Below, in pieces: positions 30,706 through 32,000 of a stretch of DNA of 32,000 bases. Below the pieces are notes generated by a model, which saw nothing but the letters and a program-made list of their open reading frames with translations, was not told the origin of the DNA and ran no database searches. A program made the translations under genes and the position numbers. Position 1 is the first letter of the stretch. Every line of letters starts with the position of its first letter. Source of the stretch: Paramicrosporidium saccamoebae KSL3 (lineage: Eukaryota; Fungi; Cryptomycota); NCBI GenBank assembly GCA_002794465.1, contig MTSL01000199.1:34291-66290 (forward strand). Reading direction: 5' to 3'.

Positions 30706-30952
30706 TGTCCAATATATCAACGTGTATTATGACCAAAGTATCAACTTGTGTATTATGTTTAGAATATAAAACTCTGCATCATGTCCAACTGTCCATCGTT
30801 TTCTTCATGTCCAACTGTTCATTGTTTTCTTCATGTGCAACTGTTAATCGTTTTCTTCATGTGCAACTGTTCATTGTTTTCTTCATGACCACCTGTCCAT
30901 CTTTTCCATGACTGCCTGTCCCTCTTCTTCATGACTACCTGTCCATCTTCTT
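30704..30952. repeat. 23-26 bp minisatellite, about 10 units; the four central 26-mers are near-identical
   Basis: CATGT(C/G)CAACTGT...GTTTTCTT at 30780, 30806, 30832 and 30858. 23-mers at 30884, 30907 and 30930. Degenerate units at 30704, 30728 and 30754. Confidence 0.9.
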
Positions 30953-31041
30953 CCAGCCATCCGCACATCTCCTGCCCACAGTTAACTAAAGGTGTCCCAG
31001 GGACAATGGCTCCAAGTTGGCTGGTTCATTACTAAGTAAAA

Positions 31042-31665
31042 TTACATATAAGCTGACGGACGGTGCTGTCCATTTACACGGTAGAAAATTGCACAGGCAT
31101 TACAGTGAAACACGCCGTCTAGTCTCCGCCACATTGGAGTTGCGTTTGTTCCACAATTGGCGCATCGTCGCAGTCCCTCTGCTGCACTTGATCGCCGCCT
31201 CACCCTCTTGGATCCACCTATCGTGATAAATTGTCGTGGTCTCCGGTTTATCCGTTCGTACAAGCCGCACGCATTACAAAGCAACTCGCCAGTCATGTTG
31301 CGGCGCCAGCTGGGGGTTCTAGTTGTCCCGCAGTGGGTGCAGGCGCGATCTGTGGGTAAAGTTTTTCCGCCGCCAACCTTATTATTCGTCCTTATGCCAC
31401 TCGCTGCCAAAGTTATTACAGAAAACAGTGTCTTACCTGGAGAAGATCCAGCCGGGTTGGTCCCCTCTGACGTCAAGTCGGACACCTCCACATCCTCAGG
31501 GTTACATAGCGATTCAATGCTAAACACACTCCTTTTGGGCGACTCGATCACACTATCTCTACCAGAGACGCTGTCTTTTGTTGGTTGCTCTTCCCTGTCT
31601 GACACCGCGGCGGCAGGATCTTCCGGGTGTCTCCTAACAACAAGCTTTTCAGCCCTTTCTTTCAT
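31042..31665 (-). CDS. GATA transcription factor with two zinc fingers (CX2CX17CX2C and CX2CX16CX2C), 207 aa
   Basis: CTHC..TPSWRR..CNACGLY.RIN.RPR and CANC..TPMWRR..CNACAIFYRVNG.HRP. Confidence 0.9.
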   Translation of the reverse strand: MKERAEKLVVRRHPEDPAAAVSDREEQPTKDSVSGRDSVIESPKRSVFSIESLCNPEDVEVSDLTSEGTNPAGSSPGKTLFSVITLAASGIRTNNKVGGGKTLPTDRACTHCGTTRTPSWRRNMTGELLCNACGLYERINRRPRQFITIGGSKRVRRRSSAAEGLRRCANCGTNATPMWRRLDGVFHCNACAIFYRVNGQHRPSAYM

Positions 31666-31891
31666 GTCTAAATATTAAGAATTTAATGTAGGGGACTACC
31701 ACTGGGTCTAGGGAGAATTTTACGAGTAGTGGTGGATCCAGAAAATGGTAAAGACATCCGCACCGGTGCCTCCGGGGGATCAGTATAGCGCTGCTCGCTC
31801 ACTGGTCTGCCAAGTGGCGGATTCCTACCCAAAAACTGCCCCAATGTTTTAAAAACATACAAATAAATATATAAATAACCCCATGCCATAG

Positions 31892-31973
31892 GACAACGTG
31901 TCCGAGTGGTTAAGGAGTCAGACTTGAAATCTGATGGGGTTCCCCCTCGCAGGTTCGAATCCTGTCGTTGTCG
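31892..31973 (+). tRNA. tRNA-Ser (anticodon TGA)
   Basis: Acceptor stem GACAACG/CGTTGTC. Anticodon arm TCAGA-CTTGAAA-TCTGA. Long variable arm. T arm GCAGG-TTCGAAT-CCTGT. Confidence 0.95.
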
Positions 31974-31977
31974 AATA

Positions 31978-31982
31978 TTTTT
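31978..31982 (+). terminator. Pol III terminator (T5) of tRNA-Ser
   Basis: TTTTT begins 4 nt after the discriminator base. Confidence 0.6.
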
Positions 31983-32000
31983 GTTGAGAATATGAGATGG

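Noticed and set aside
20144-30952. Tandem arrays (47, 21, 25 and 26 bp) as CRISPR arrays
   Set aside because: The units are contiguous with no unique spacers, there are no cas genes, and the context is eukaryotic.
29820-31665. Calling the GATA factors SreA/Fep1 iron regulators
   Set aside because: The Cys-rich iron-sensing linker between the fingers is absent.
29810-31678. Plus-strand ORFs of 206 and 173 aa opposite the GATA genes
   Set aside because: Antisense to clear zinc-finger genes, with no domain signal.

Overview
Eukaryotic, fungus-like DNA from a very compact genome. Evidence: about 35 GT-AG introns, nearly all 29-40 nt, gaps between genes often only 30-110 nt, and a Pom152 nucleoporin. 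An early-diverging fungus or Rozellomycota-type organism (Paramicrosporidium/Mitosporidium-like) is my inference and is not verified. I can support 20 protein genes and 2 tRNAs, and several genes only appear after splicing (PAC3-like, PET100-like, MGMT, the N-termini of ATG1, SDS22, RAV1 and PEX2). Left part (1-20.1 kb): tightly packed, intron-rich housekeeping genes POM152 (partial), TRS85/TRAPPC8, PAC3-like, ATG1, a short VPS15-like gene, SDS22, RAV1, PEX2, PET100-like, COQ7, an M14 carboxypeptidase, tRNA-Val, a hypothetical gene, MGMT, BNA1/HAAO and an Slt2-like MAPK with a TNY loop. Right part (20.1-32 kb): longer intergenic regions carrying minisatellites, an intronless signal-peptide/GPI-type surface protein, a small PEX1, a PH-CLU-TPR protein, two tandem double-finger GATA factors flanked by clustered TGATAA sites, and tRNA-Ser. 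Best leads: the TRS85-ATG1-VPS15(no WD40) autophagy cluster, the GATA pair with its apparent local target sites, the PH-CLU architecture, the Cys-pair repeat surface protein and the TNY MAPK. All family calls are from motif recognition by eye; no searches were run, and exon structures are predictions.
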